Shown: positions 50,839-63,925, numbered from the stretch's first letter. The stretch: 64,000 nt of DNA from Octopus vulgaris (GCA_951406725.2 OX597817.1:38006001-38070000), one strand, 5' to 3'. Numbers and translations are program-made. Notes: generated by a model not told the origin, from the sequence alone.

Positions 50839-52075
50839 TATCATTCAACTATTACCGTAGTTGAACAATATTCTTAAGGCCGCAATTTACTCACAAGCAG
50901 TATCTTTCAGAGTTTTGTCGCTAATTCAGTTCTTAACCAAATTGAAAGCTGTTAACAATTTTGAAAAGGACTGGTCCCTGTAAGTAACGCCTCCAATCAA
51001 GTTTAGATCTAAATAACTTTTTTTAATTTTAAAAGCATTATTTTCAATTTTTAATTTCATAATGAGTCAATGTAAATAAAGTGCTCTTCAAATACTAATC
51101 TTATTTTTATTTTTTTAGATTAAAACTTTTTACTTTAATTCAATAATGAGAATGATTCAATCACAAAAATGAAAAAAATCAAAATATTATTTAGAAATTT
51201 ATTAAATCTATTATTCAATTTTCAATAAGGTAAAACCTTAAAATATTAATCGACTCATTATTAATTAGCATAATAGCATAGCCTGGAAAAAACATAGATT
51301 ACACGGGAAAATACGAGCAAGAGAAATAATATTCTTAAGATTATAAAATCTGGAAAAGTACAGGACAAGTTATTACATCCGGTAAAGTACAGAACATGAA
51401 AATTTTTACTTAAACTATTGCAGCTAAGGATAAAATTTGAGTATTAAAAATTATTTGATTTTAATTTACAAAGTAACATTATAATTTAAAAAAAAAAAAG
51501 GTACCATCGCTTTGTTAAAATATTGATACACTAGAACACTTAAAAAACGAGAGCCAGAAGTACCAATATAGGTAAAGTTTTATGCAAAGTAGAATCGTAT
51601 ATATGGTAGGCAAATTCATTATATAAAAAAAAAAATGGACATTGTTCAAGACTAAAAATGTGAAGACTCGGCAATAACTCCAACAAATTTTACTGTGAAT
51701 TTGTTGTTATAGGTAGATTTTACTGTAATATATAACAATTTTTGTATTTATTGTACTAATTATGTACTACAATCACTTTTTATAATCTATTTTCAATTTT
51801 CTAATTATTAATTAATAATTAAAAAATGAATTTTTTAAAGTGCAAAAAATATTTTGAGTTATTTCTATTTTTAATAGAAGTATTTTCTAAATCTAAATAT
51901 TTTATTTGAAATTTTGTCCTTAGCTGCAATATTTTAAGCAAAAAATTTCTTGTTCTGTACTTTACCAGATATTATAACTTGCCTGAACTTTTCCAATTGT
52001 AATAATTTGTCCTCTACTTTTCCAGGTTTATAATCTTAAGAAAATTATTTCTTTTGCTCACATTTTACCATGTAA
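50839..52075 (-). mobile_element. Second, longer copy of the palindrome-terminated element, with internal inverted repeats
   Basis: Terminal palindrome 50839-50870. 51298-51438 is inverted relative to 51908-52075. Confidence 0.6.
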
Positions 52076-53111
52076 TACATATATACACTTTGAATGTGTC
52101 TTCCCTGTTGTAAGCAAGTAGAGAGTGATTTGCGGAAAGGTTGACTATTACTACTATTTCGTGGCGTCTCTCTAGTCAGAAATCATAGAGTATTGGACTA
52201 AAAGGCTCAAATCTATAAATACATCCCTTTGTTTTTCCTCCTTTTGTGCTCATTAAATACAATGCAACTTAGGTCCTGGGATTGATACTAATTGGCTATA
52301 CTCCCAACCGACGACAATTCGTCGAATTTGAAGCTATATTTTTTTTATTATCTATATATTTTTGAACCAGTGTTTTCCAAACTTTTTTGAAAATCGCCCT
52401 TTTTCTTTTACTGTCACCTTTTCAACGCCTCCTTGCTACTATTCAATGACACCCCCACTCAATTTGTAATGCTTATACATGTAACATCCCGGAGTGTTTT
52501 AGTTCCGAGTAATAGTTTGATTCAGTGGACTCAGTATTACGGCACAAGCTTACTAAAAGTGAACCCTACAAGCCTAAGTTGTATGTATTCGGTTTTGTTC
52601 ATTTACTCATTCAGATATCGGTGTCTATTACTGTTGATGCTGTCGTGATTATTGTTGTTGTCATTGTTGATGTGACTGAAGCAAACAAGCAGTTTATCCT
52701 AATATTACATTAATTTTTCTTAAGTAAATATTTAAAAGGAAAATAAAGACAAAAAATGTACGGATGCATCTGTCGCTACGTCCTTCAGCTCCCTTCGTGC
52801 CCAGTCCTTACTTAGTTCAGTCTTGAGCCCTGGGACTCATAAGGCCAGTTACTCGGTTTCCATAGCATATAAGTGACCGAAATCACAACATTCATCCTCA
52901 ACGGGAAGCCAGTCGATCGCAGGATTAATCATTTACAGCTGAGTAAATTGGCCCAACGTGATATGAAGTGTTTTGCTCAAAAGCACAACGCAATGCCCTA
53001 TCCGGGAATCGAAACCACGATCTAATGATCACGGTCACAAAACTCTAGCCACGAGGTTTTTACTTTGTGTCCAATACCCATATAAAATTTTCCACTTCCC
53101 CATCCCTTTAC

Positions 53112-53320
53112 GCTTTTACCTGTTTCAGTCATCTGACTGCGGCCATGCAGGAGCACCGCCTTTAGTCGAGCAAATCAACCTCAGGACTTATTCTTTGGAA
53201 GCCTAGTGCTTATTCTATCGGTCTCTTTTTCCGAACCGCTAAGTTACGGGGACGTAAACACACCACCATCGGTTGTCAAGCGATGTTGGGGGAGAAACAC
53301 AGACACATAAACATATACAC

Positions 53321-53385
<65 letters not shown>

Positions 53386-53550
53386 TACGACGGGCTTCTT
53401 TCAGTTTCCGTCTACCAAATCCACTCACAAGGATTTGGTCGTCCCGAGGCTACAGTAGAAGACACTTGTCCAAGGTTCCACGCAGTGGGAATGAAACCAG
53501 AACCATATGGTTGGTAAGCAAGCTACTTACCACACAGCCACTCCTGCGCC
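53112..53550 (-). mobile_element. SINE family A, full length
   Basis: Reverse complement of family A with internal (TA)n. Confidence 0.9.
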
Positions 53551-55230
53551 TCTCTCTCTGTCACCCACTTCCTCTCTCCTTTTTTCTCTCTCTCTCCCTT
53601 TCTCCTTTTCTCTCTCTCTCTCTCTCACTCTCTCTAAACCGGTTACGCTGCGTAGGATCGTAGGCACCACTGATAGTGCCAACGACATCGTAAAGAATAG
53701 GAGCTCCTACTGACAATTTAAAAATCTCCATATCGCTCGATGGATTCTCCCGAACTCTCACTAAGAGTTGGCTGCTGCTACTGATGATGGTGATGATGAT
53801 GGCTAATAGTGATGGTGGTTATGATGATGGCTGGCTGGCTGGCTGGTTGTTGTTGTTGTTGCTAGTGACGACGACAATACACAAAATATACTCACGTGTA
53901 TGTACATCTATTATGAGTATGTATATATGAGTATATGTTTATGTGTAAACATATGTAGAAAGAAGAGTTCGTGCGATGTTGAATCGGTTCCATTGATGTA
54001 GACGTCCTACTGCTCACGGGAATTGAATTTGACCGATATTCCATTCAAGCTTCCTCTTTATCTAATTAAATGTTGCCGTTGCAGACCTTCGCCAGTTTCC
54101 TCGGATCTCGATTTAACCCAATCATTTTAAGGCGACCAATTGGTAGAGTCGTCAGAGCGTTAGATAGACTAACTGCGGTATTCGTTCCGGCTCTCTGAGT
54201 TCAAATCCCACCGAGGTGTCAAATTTGCCTTTCATCGCTTCGGGATGCCAGTGTTGGAGTCGTTTCTTCTTCTTCTTCTTCTTCTTCTTCTTCTTCTTCT
54301 TCTTCTTCTAGATGAGACTAACTACCGAGAGTGAGACTCAATTTTAGACGCCAAGATTCTCCAATTCTTCTCTTTTTTCCCCCCGTATGTCACGATGTCG
54401 CCCCCACGACTTCTCCAGAAATTTAGGGAACAAAATAAGATAAAAATGTCTTCACAACTATGTTTACATACGCACGTATATTTGAATGCATTTCTAGGAT
54501 CATGTTAGTTAGTTTCTTTGGCTCAAAAAGCAAAAAGCAAGGCCATGTGTCTGTATAATCGAGTGAACACATAAGAATATGTTTAAACGTATACGTAAGA
54601 GTACATCTACAGAAATATGTTTTGTTTTTAAATGTGTATGCACATAAAATACTTATAGGTGTGTATCTGTAACACAATAAACGTATGTTTGTTCTATAAA
54701 AGTAAGTGAAAGAGTCATTTGAGGGTCAGTTAGGAATCGGGTGTGTAATAGATGCTGTATATATATACTCCACCCCAAATTCGAAAAAAAATCAAAAAAA
54801 TCTGAAACTTAAACTAATTTTACCTATCATAGAAGGAAGCTGCACCCCTTTCCTCATTTATCCTACCCGACCCTCCCAAATAATATAAAGATTAAATTGG
54901 TCCACTTTGTTGTTGACCAAACTTCAATTAATGTTGTTGTTGATGTTGCTTTTTTAATAGGATTTTTTTCATTTCTTTTTCGTTTTTCTTCCATAAACAT
55001 ACCCTGCACTGGAAAGACACTCCCATAACACTTAGTCACCGAAATGTACTCAATGACCTGTACTGGCAATCGCTTTTTATTTTTTATCCTTTTGCATCAA
55101 CTTTCAAAGAGAATCCATATGTGGGGTGAAGGATGTAGGTTGTTTATATGACGTTCTTCAGCGTTCTTTAGTTCTTTAGAATGGTACCAAATATTTGGCT
55201 TTAAAAAATTCCTCTTTGCTTACATTTTCT

Positions 55231-55235
<5 letters not shown>

Positions 55236-55274
<39 letters not shown>

Positions 55275-55315
55275 TTATGTACAAATATATGTATGTACAA
55301 ATATATGTATGTATG

Positions 55316-55396
<81 letters not shown>

Positions 55397-55787
55397 GAAG
55401 CGAGAAGGGGAAGGTTAGAGGTTAGGTTAGGGCAGCTTCACAGCTTTCGAAGAAATTAAAAAAAAAAAGATTAAATAAATAAATAAAAGAATTCGAACGA
55501 ACGTGATTCATCCTTCCGAAAATTAATTACATCTTCTTCATCACAATTACCTCTCTCTCCTTTCTCCGTGTTTCCTTCGTGTCAAACACACACATACACA
55601 CTAATATATATATATATATATGTGTGTGTGTATATATGTCTATATATGTGTGTGTGTGTATGTGTATGTATATGTATATGTGTGTATATATATATATGTA
55701 TATATATGCATGTATATATACGTACATATATATATGTATATATATACACGTGTATATATATACATGTATATATATAAACATGTTTAA

Positions 55788-55818
<31 letters not shown>

Positions 55819-55867
55819 AACATGTTTAAAATATATATATATATATATGTATATATATAAACATGTT

Positions 55868-55911
<44 letters not shown>

Positions 55912-55913
55912 TG

Positions 55914-55945
<32 letters not shown>

Positions 55946-56080
55946 AACATGTATATATATATATATATAAACATGTATATATATATATATATAAACATGC
56001 ATATATATATATACACATAAGTATATATATGTACATATATATACATGTATATATATATACTTATGTGTATATATATACCC

Positions 56081-56120
<40 letters not shown>
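55236..56120. repeat. Complex (TA)n/(TG)n microsatellite region
   Basis: Long AT-dinucleotide tracts with recurring TAAACATGT(T/A)TA units. Source of the many YI-repeat pseudo-ORFs. Confidence 0.95.
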
Positions 56121-56125
<5 letters not shown>

Positions 56126-56665
56126 TAATCCAAACAAGAAAGCACAAAAAACACAACAACGCGAGGACGTGGAACAAATATAGTATTATTGGACGCTCAG
56201 GAAAGAAGGAAAGAAGGAGGGTTTAACGTTTCGAACGGAGCTCTTCTTCGGAAACATAGGAGAAGGAAGATCCAGAGAAGGGAAGACAGAGAAAAAAAAT
56301 CGCCAACGGTACACACGAGGTCACATATATATATACACTTGTATATATATACACATGTATATATGTGTATATATATATATACACACATGTATATATGTAT
56401 ATATATGCATACATATATATATGCATATATACACATGTATATAGATATATATATGTATATATATATATACAAATGTATCTATTTTTTTCCTCCGTCTTCC
56501 CTTCTCTGGATCTTTTCTTTTCCTAAGTTTCTAACGAAGAACTCCGCTCGAAACGTAAAACCCTCCTTCTTCCCTTACTTCCTGAGCGTCCAATAATACT
56601 ATATTTGTTCCACGTCCTCGCGTTGTTGTGTTTTCTCTTGGTGTTTTCATGTTTGGATTAACTTT
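56121..56665. mobile_element. Inverted pair of ~180-bp Penelope-type terminal repeats, each with a degenerate hammerhead core, around a (TA)-rich spacer
   Basis: 56121-56300 is the reverse complement of 56481-56665. Cores CCGAAGA-AGAGCTCCGTTC-GAAACGTTA (-) and CTAACGA-AGAACTCCGCTC-GAAACGTAA (+). Confidence 0.7.
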
Positions 56666-56681
56666 ATATATATACACACAC

Positions 56682-56736
<55 letters not shown>

Positions 56737-56739
<3 letters not shown>

Positions 56740-57815
56740 AATTGAATTGAACTGGTTTCAGCTCAAGAGCTGGGGCACCACCATTTGGTGTTGCTACATA
56801 ATTTTTACTTCACTAATTCATTTTGGAATTTGACATTTGGTGCATAAGGGAGATTGACACCGCTGCCCTCATTTGCAATTCCTGCTGTTAACTTGGTTCA
56901 TCTGGGACTCTTGACAGTAAGAGATCTAGTTTCGTTTTGAAGACACCTACATCCACCTCATGCAGGTTTCTCAGGTCCCCTAGAAGGATATTTTAAGAGC
57001 TGTGGTCCTTTAAAGCCCATGCTGTTGCAATATCTTGCCCTATATTTTGATGGCAAAGTTGGAATTTTTGGCACTATGCAGTGGCGCCCTATCATAGCGT
57101 TATTGTAACTCTCAATGCCAAAGTTTGGGAGAGGTCTTTCCATGATCTTCCTGATGCATATTATGGCATATTTTTCGTGCCTACGCTCTAGGGAATAAAG
57201 TCTCAATCTCTTGAGTCTTTCCCAGTAGCTTATTTGCCACATAAAGACTATCTTCTAGCTTCATTGGATTGCCTCAAGGTCTGAAATTAATTTTACACTG
57301 GTTGATGACCATAGGTGGGAGCAATAGTCAAAGCAGCTTAGGACAAATGTCCTCTAGAAGATCATCGTGGTTTTCTGATTTCTCGATTTAAAAGTTCTAA
57401 GAATCCATCCGGTTAGCCATCAGCATTTCATTGCCAACCTAGCAACATGTACATGGAAGGATGCATTATTACTCATGTAGTTGCCCAGGTATCGCACTGA
57501 CTGTGTCTCTGCATTTGCAATCTCTCCAGGTCCAGTGTATTTTATTAGTATTGCAGTTAGTTTTGCATGCTGATAGCATAGGGCTTGAAACTTTTCAGCA
57601 TTAAACTGCATGTTATTCTTCTTAACCCACTTGCATGTTTCATCTAACTCACGTTGCAGGTGAATAGCATTTTCAGGGTTCTGTATCACCTGTGAGACTT
57701 TTGTATCATCTGCATCACTTGTGATCGTGGTTCTCTGTGTGGCTGAGGGCATATCTGAGAGGGCTATTATAAACAGTAGCGGTACCAAAACAGTACCTTG
57801 CGGAACATCGCTCAA
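56737..57815 (-). mobile_element. 5'-truncated CR1/L2-group LINE, degenerate RT
   Basis: DVPQGTVLVPLLF, DADD (decayed YADD), MQFNAEKF, ISYWERLKRLRLYSLERR. (TTCAA)n tail abutting (TA)n. Confidence 0.92.
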
Positions 57816-58056
57816 TATATAGATAAGATCTTAAGCAATGTGACATGTAATGTTCCAAAACCTAGTTTGATGCCGGAAATTCACTGAAAACTTTATTTTC
57901 ATGTAATGATTAAAGGGACATTGCTGTATTATTAACCAAGTCAGTGTGTGTGATGGTAAAGTTTGAACGCTACAATTATCTGAAGCAGCACTACTAAATA
58001 GTAGTGAATTTCTGCTCCTAGCACAAACATACTGCACCTATAAATGAACACAAAGC

Positions 58057-58152
<96 letters not shown>

Positions 58153-58562
58153 ATAGAAATATGTTACAAAAAGAAAATAGAAACTACACGTGGTAATGTA
58201 AGGGGAAAGTAAGAAAAATAAACGAAAATGCACATTGTAACGAAAGATATTTACAATTAGATGAACTGAGGTAGGAATAAAAGTAAAAAAAGTCATTATT
58301 GTGAATTGTTAAAGAGATTCAAGCATACCGGTTTCGTAAGTTACTAATCATTGCTTTGAATACAACTATTTATTGCTTTGAATACAATTATTCATTGCTT
58401 TGGGTGCACACCGCCCAGATGGAATGCCATGCTAGTTAACCCACAGCTGCGACCCTGACAGATGCTACTACTCTGGATCACAGTTGACCCGGGGACAATA
58501 GTGGTTCCTCACTCCACAAAACCCTGGAACACTCAAACCGGAGAATCACTACCAAAATCAGT

Positions 58563-58596
<34 letters not shown>

Positions 58597-58722
58597 TACA
58601 TTTGTCAATGAATACATAAATGTGTGTTTGAATATACAAATGTATATCGATATAGGTAAACACGTACACACATACACTTACTTGAAGACGCTACTTTGCT
58701 GGTTTATTAATTAGCTCTAGAT

Positions 58723-59202
58723 CAGGGGTGTTGGAAACTTTTTAGTTCAGCAGGCAAAAATTTCCAATTAAAAAGGTCCGCGGGCGGATCAGAAGTTCTA
58801 ACTCTTATATCTGTGTAAATCTTGTATATATCTATATATAATTCGATAAAGATAAGTTTAATACATTTAACGCCGCCACTGAATTTAGGATGTTTATATT
58901 AATTATGAGGTATCCTATATTTTTCAGCTAGAGTGTAGTTGGGTCTCAAGGGAGTGGTACAAACCTAGCAATATGTGTTTTATAGTGAAAACAAAATTTC
59001 CATCCAAATGGCAGTTACCGGACAATTTCTATTCGAGTCTAACCGTTTTAAGCCCTGGTGGAAACGTGACCTATGTCGCAAATAGGCGTATGAATAGTGT
59101 ATAAATCTAATAGTTGAAAAATTTATTATATTTTGTACATACGAGTATATCAACCTTCGGGCGCAATAAAATGTGCTCGCGGGCGGGGGTTTTCCACCCC
59201 TG
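58723..59202. mobile_element. hAT (Charlie/Buster-type) MITE
   Basis: CAGGGGTG...GGAAA / TTTCCACCCCTG termini. Perfect TSD CTCTAGAT (58715-58722, 59203-59210). Confidence 0.9.
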
Positions 59203-59372
59203 CTCTAGATCAACCTTGATCGAGTAGACCTATGATGAAAGGCTTTCCGATACTGGGCGTGGTTGCTATTTCTAGAATAGCCATCTAAAGTTTCCTTGTT
59301 GGCTCACTTATACATACATACATACATACATACATACATACATACATACATGCAGGCAGGCAGGCAGGCAGT

Positions 59373-59403
<31 letters not shown>

Positions 59404-59549
59404 ACAGACACTCGAAACATCTACAAGTGAAAGACAAGAGCACTCAACACTTGTCGTCGAGGTTAAATATTCGCATTAACAGTTTAACTCAGTTTTTCGT
59501 TGCTGAAAGTTTAACCGGTGCAAGAACACCTTGATCTCTTAGATGCGAC

Positions 59550-60140
59550 AACACCGACTGATGAGGCCACTACGTGTTTTAAATAAACGTAATAGTTATT
59601 GAGCGATGTTTGTTCTCACTGATCAGTTAGTATCACGCAGAGGAACTGTTATTTCAACACTGCTCGGCTTTATATTAACTGGTGGATGGTTGCTGGATAG
59701 GAATAGTTTGCCTTGTTATCGTTAGAAATTCCAGTGATATTAAAGGTTCCAGTAAAATTTATAGAAAAGTAATGACAACTGATAGATTAAAATTAGTTTC
59801 GTTTGTGGCAGCAGTATGAACTTTCAGTTTCCTTATTAAAGGTTATATAAAGACAATAACAACGGTAGCGTAAGAGATGAAGGGCGACGTGAAGATGTGC
59901 TGGAAGGCTTACTTATTCGTGGACGTGACTAGTGACGCCCCCGCAGATAAATTTGGCTTCAGATCACGGAAGTGACACCCTCAGATTAAGAACTTAATTC
60001 TTCTCCTCAGAGATATCTCGGACAAAACTGCACCCTCTTACAACAAGTATTTTTGAGGAGTGGCTTCAATGAGAAGATAACGTACAAAGAAGATCCTCCA
60101 CTCCCACCTCTAGAAAGGGTCAGGAAGAGGAAAATAAACT
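59550..60140 (+). pseudogene. Internally deleted Penelope-like element relic
   Basis: KMCWKAYLF...DKFGFRSRK*HPQIKNL (PLE N-terminal RMRWKA..F / YGFKS...PP) fused to DKTAPSYNK..LRSGFNEKITY...RKRKI (post-RT region). CTGATGAG lies upstream at 59558. Confidence 0.65.
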
Positions 60141-63100
60141 TTGAATATTATGTCTTGAAAACTGTAGGATGAATTTTAAAAACTCATTTCTTTATAATTT
60201 TGAAAGGATCTGACTAGAAGGGTTCCAGTTCTATATTACAACATCTGAAGCCCAACTTATTTTCCTTCGTGGCATCCATCATCCTTTTATCAACATAATA
60301 TTATTAACCTCCATATTATATTTTCTTATTCAGAACTTTTTTTTTCAATCAGACATTTTGTTCCTTTTTTAATGGTATTGGGATATTCTTTGCAGAAATT
60401 TTCTGGGCCTACCACAGTGATCGATAAATTAAGGAACAATATATTCAGTATTTTTGCTCATATATTCTTACGCTGTTTCCTTTCTTTAATCGTTTGAATA
60501 ATCGGCATCGTGATAAGAAGCGTCAGTTTCTTATAAACTACATATTTTATGTATTGCGTACACAAACGTTCACAAATTCATATATTGCACCTTAATTTGC
60601 TGAGCGCTTATTTCTCATTATTCTGATAAGTTTTCCTTATTATGTGGGAAATTAATCGTGTAATAAACTTCTTTAAAAAATAAACATCACAAATGTAGAC
60701 ACGGTTAATATCTTCGTTTTGCAGTTTCTTTATTTTAACATTTAAGCTCTAGTTTGGGTGAATAGATAGAGTTTATAGTCAGGAATAGGGTCCCAACATG
60801 CAGTCTTCGGCAACTAGAAACGTCTGTACTTTGATAAACATCTCGCCCCCTTTGGGACAAAACGTCGTTCGAAAAGAGGTGGAAGGCTTGTTAAAGTAGG
60901 ATCCTGAAACTGCAATAAGCACAAGTAGGATTAAGGCCTCAAGTAATTAATTTGTATTTTCGGACAAGATGAATAACATCTATGAAGAGGAGAACGGTAA
61001 ATATAAGAAAATTAATACTTGATAACATGAATAAGTATATGAAAATAAGGCAAACGCTAAGATTTGCAGTATTATCAACGAGGAAGCTTTATGGCAAAAA
61101 AAAAAAAAAAGGGTAACAGAATAGAATGCCTAAATAATCGACTCATATATTAAAAGAGGGAAGGTTCACAAATAAACTAAGAATATAGCCTAATGAATTC
61201 ACATAAAACAGAATTAGGTTTAAAAGCGAGAAAATACTGAGAAATATGAAAAAGATTGGGAAAGCTTCTGGGCCCAAGCAGTGAACTACATCTGTACAAT
61301 TTTCGACTGATTCAAAGACATTAAATTTAAGACTAACTAGATTAGCACAAGTCGATATCGTTGACTTATACCCCTCATATCTAAATTTCTAGAATTAATT
61401 TGCCAGTATTAATGAATTGGTATTCTTTTTTTAATATTTTAGACAGGAGAGAAAGCAGTGCCCACGACTCTTTAGAAGCCCTCTGAGATAGGTGGTAGTG
61501 AGGAAGACATCCTCAAACCGAAGTCTTGACTCTATTGATGGCAACAGAATAATTTCGCTAAAGGAACTCCAGGATTAGATGGAAGTGTTAAAAAGGAGAT
61601 AGATTAAGTCTGCCAGACAAGATACTGAAATAATCATATATGGTCGTAAAAATTTGCAATAAAGAGAAAACTTGGGTTAAAAAACACAACCCGCAAGCCT
61701 CTTCAACGTCTTGATGGACTCTTATGCCAGCATTGACGTATGCGATCTGAGCAGCCTGTAGCTTTGGGCATATTTAAAATAGTTTCCGTCAATTCTAGTA
61801 TCGCTTGTTGAGACAGCCGATAAAACTTATACAATTGCTTTGTCTACTTTTTAGATATCTCTAGAAAGATCTCATTGGTATTTTCAACAGGATCGAACTG
61901 AAGATTACTGCAGCTACTAATGCTGACTTTGTCGGTGAGTCTTTGGAGCTAGAGTCAGCTGCTTACAAACATTCCAATATGTCACATGAGAAATTAAGGT
62001 ATATTACTGAACACACTTACCACACCCATTGTGCTAAGAAACTCTCAAATACATCTAGGAAATATTTGAAAGGGTGGCCTTTTACAACACTAGGACCCTA
62101 ACAGATAACAGCTTACACTCTCAGCTCCGGAATAGATCCAGAAAAATCATCTCAGATTATATTACAAGGCTAAATAAAGTCTTACAAATGAATTCCCCTT
62201 ACGGCTAGGGTGCTTTATAGGAAAATAAATCAAACCAATGCTTGACTCTAATTTCTCGACATCCAACGGGAGGAAAAGATGAAACGGTGACCATGTTAAG
62301 ATTTGAATTGAAAGCGTAAAAGACCATAACTAAATACCACAATTCATTCTGTCCGATGTTATAACAACTTTGCTAATATTCTACTATATTAAATATGCAT
62401 TTAAAATCAATAGACAAACTGACACCTTATAAGCAGATTGTTTAATAAGACCGTTATTATTTCATCGACTATTTTCTATAGTGAATTTCTTGTAGAAATT
62501 TTCTTTCATTGTTGACAGGTTATTTTCAAGTAAATTAATAATTATGATGTATGTGTTGTCTTTACCTGTATTCATTATTTACAATATGCCTTTGATGAGA
62601 TATTTACAGCGCCTTGTTATAAGAATTTGTCATGCGGTCATTCACCTTAATACGAATTAGTTTAACGTCAGTTACTTAACGAGTATTTCCACTTTTAATT
62701 GACTCTTATCTGATGAAACTTTTGACTATAATCGCTCTTAAAGATGGCTGATTTGTCTGACAATTGCAAAGAGCGCCAGAATTCATACTTGTTAGTAAAT
62801 TCTATTTAACAATCTTACCAATTTACATGTTTATTGTCAAACCGACGAGGAACTTCTAACTGATTGTTCAACGCGTCAGAAATAACAGCCAAATCCCCTT
62901 CAAATCCCACTCTACCGTCATTACAAAAGGAGGATACATCAAATGTGCCTGAACAAGTAGCGGGATGGTCACGACTGAAATGGCTTCGGCTATATTGTAA
63001 TATACAATTTTGTTCGATTCGACTGTTTGCCTTTCTGAAGTAATGAAAATAGAATAACAGTTTGTGCCGTAATGTTTCAGCAATTAAAAAGATATCGGAG

Positions 63101-63781
63101 TATAAAATTGTTACTGAGGTAACATAATATACTGAGGTATAAAATTCTTACTGAGTATAAAATGTTACAGCGGTAACAATTTGGTGACCATTCCATTTGA
63201 CGCAGCTGCTTTACACAACAGTTTCCATGAAATCCTTCGTTCGCGGGTGAAATGTCACCTACATTCAATTCAACTTTGAAACCATTCACTTGACGAAGAC
63301 TCTAAAAATCTAAATTAAAAACGGATTCATATTCATGAATTTGTCAAATTAAAGAGTCATTATTTTTCTTGGCACATACATACCTCAACAGATTCTGATG
63401 CATTTGTAATTCGCTTCCGGAACTAAAAGTATTCTCCACCCTGGATTTAGACTATATTGGTCACAACCACGTTAGAAATAAGTTTTCGTCAACAAGACAT
63501 TTTCTTTAAAAATATCAAAGTTGATAAAATAAAACAACTACGGAACGATATTACAAGTCAACGAGTTAGACTTAACATGGTCGCACAATTTCTTTCAAAA
63601 ATCACGCCGTAAGATCTTCAAAAACAGAACGAAATGATCACATTTAATGTGATCCTAGAAGTAGCATGCCAGTAACAAGACAGGATTATCATAGTTGTGA
63701 TCATAAGTCTGCTCGACCAGTAGTTACCTTGGGTTAATCATCAATAATAATACGACATGAACTATTTTTTTTTTATTTAGT

Positions 63782-63925
63782 CATGGCCGTTTGGTTAAGA
63801 AGCCCGTTTGCATCACGGAATTCGGGTTTTGTCCTACTACACGGACCTTGGGCAAGTGTCTTCTGCTATAGCCACGGGATTACCAAATGCCTTGTGAGTG
63901 AATTTGGTAGACGGAAACTGTGTGG
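63782..63925 (+). mobile_element. Old family-A-related SINE 5' half
   Basis: tggccgttggttaag...ccttgggcaagtgtcttctgctatagcc...gtgagtgaatttggtagacggaaactg. Confidence 0.75.

Noticed and set aside
55412-55432. Telomere-like ggttagaggttaggttaggg (also 10219-10236)
   Set aside because: Only 2-3 imperfect units, and one lies inside a MITE. Not an interstitial telomere.
55195-56596. Many long YI/CV/HT-rich ORFs
   Set aside because: Translations of (TA)n/(TG)n microsatellites.
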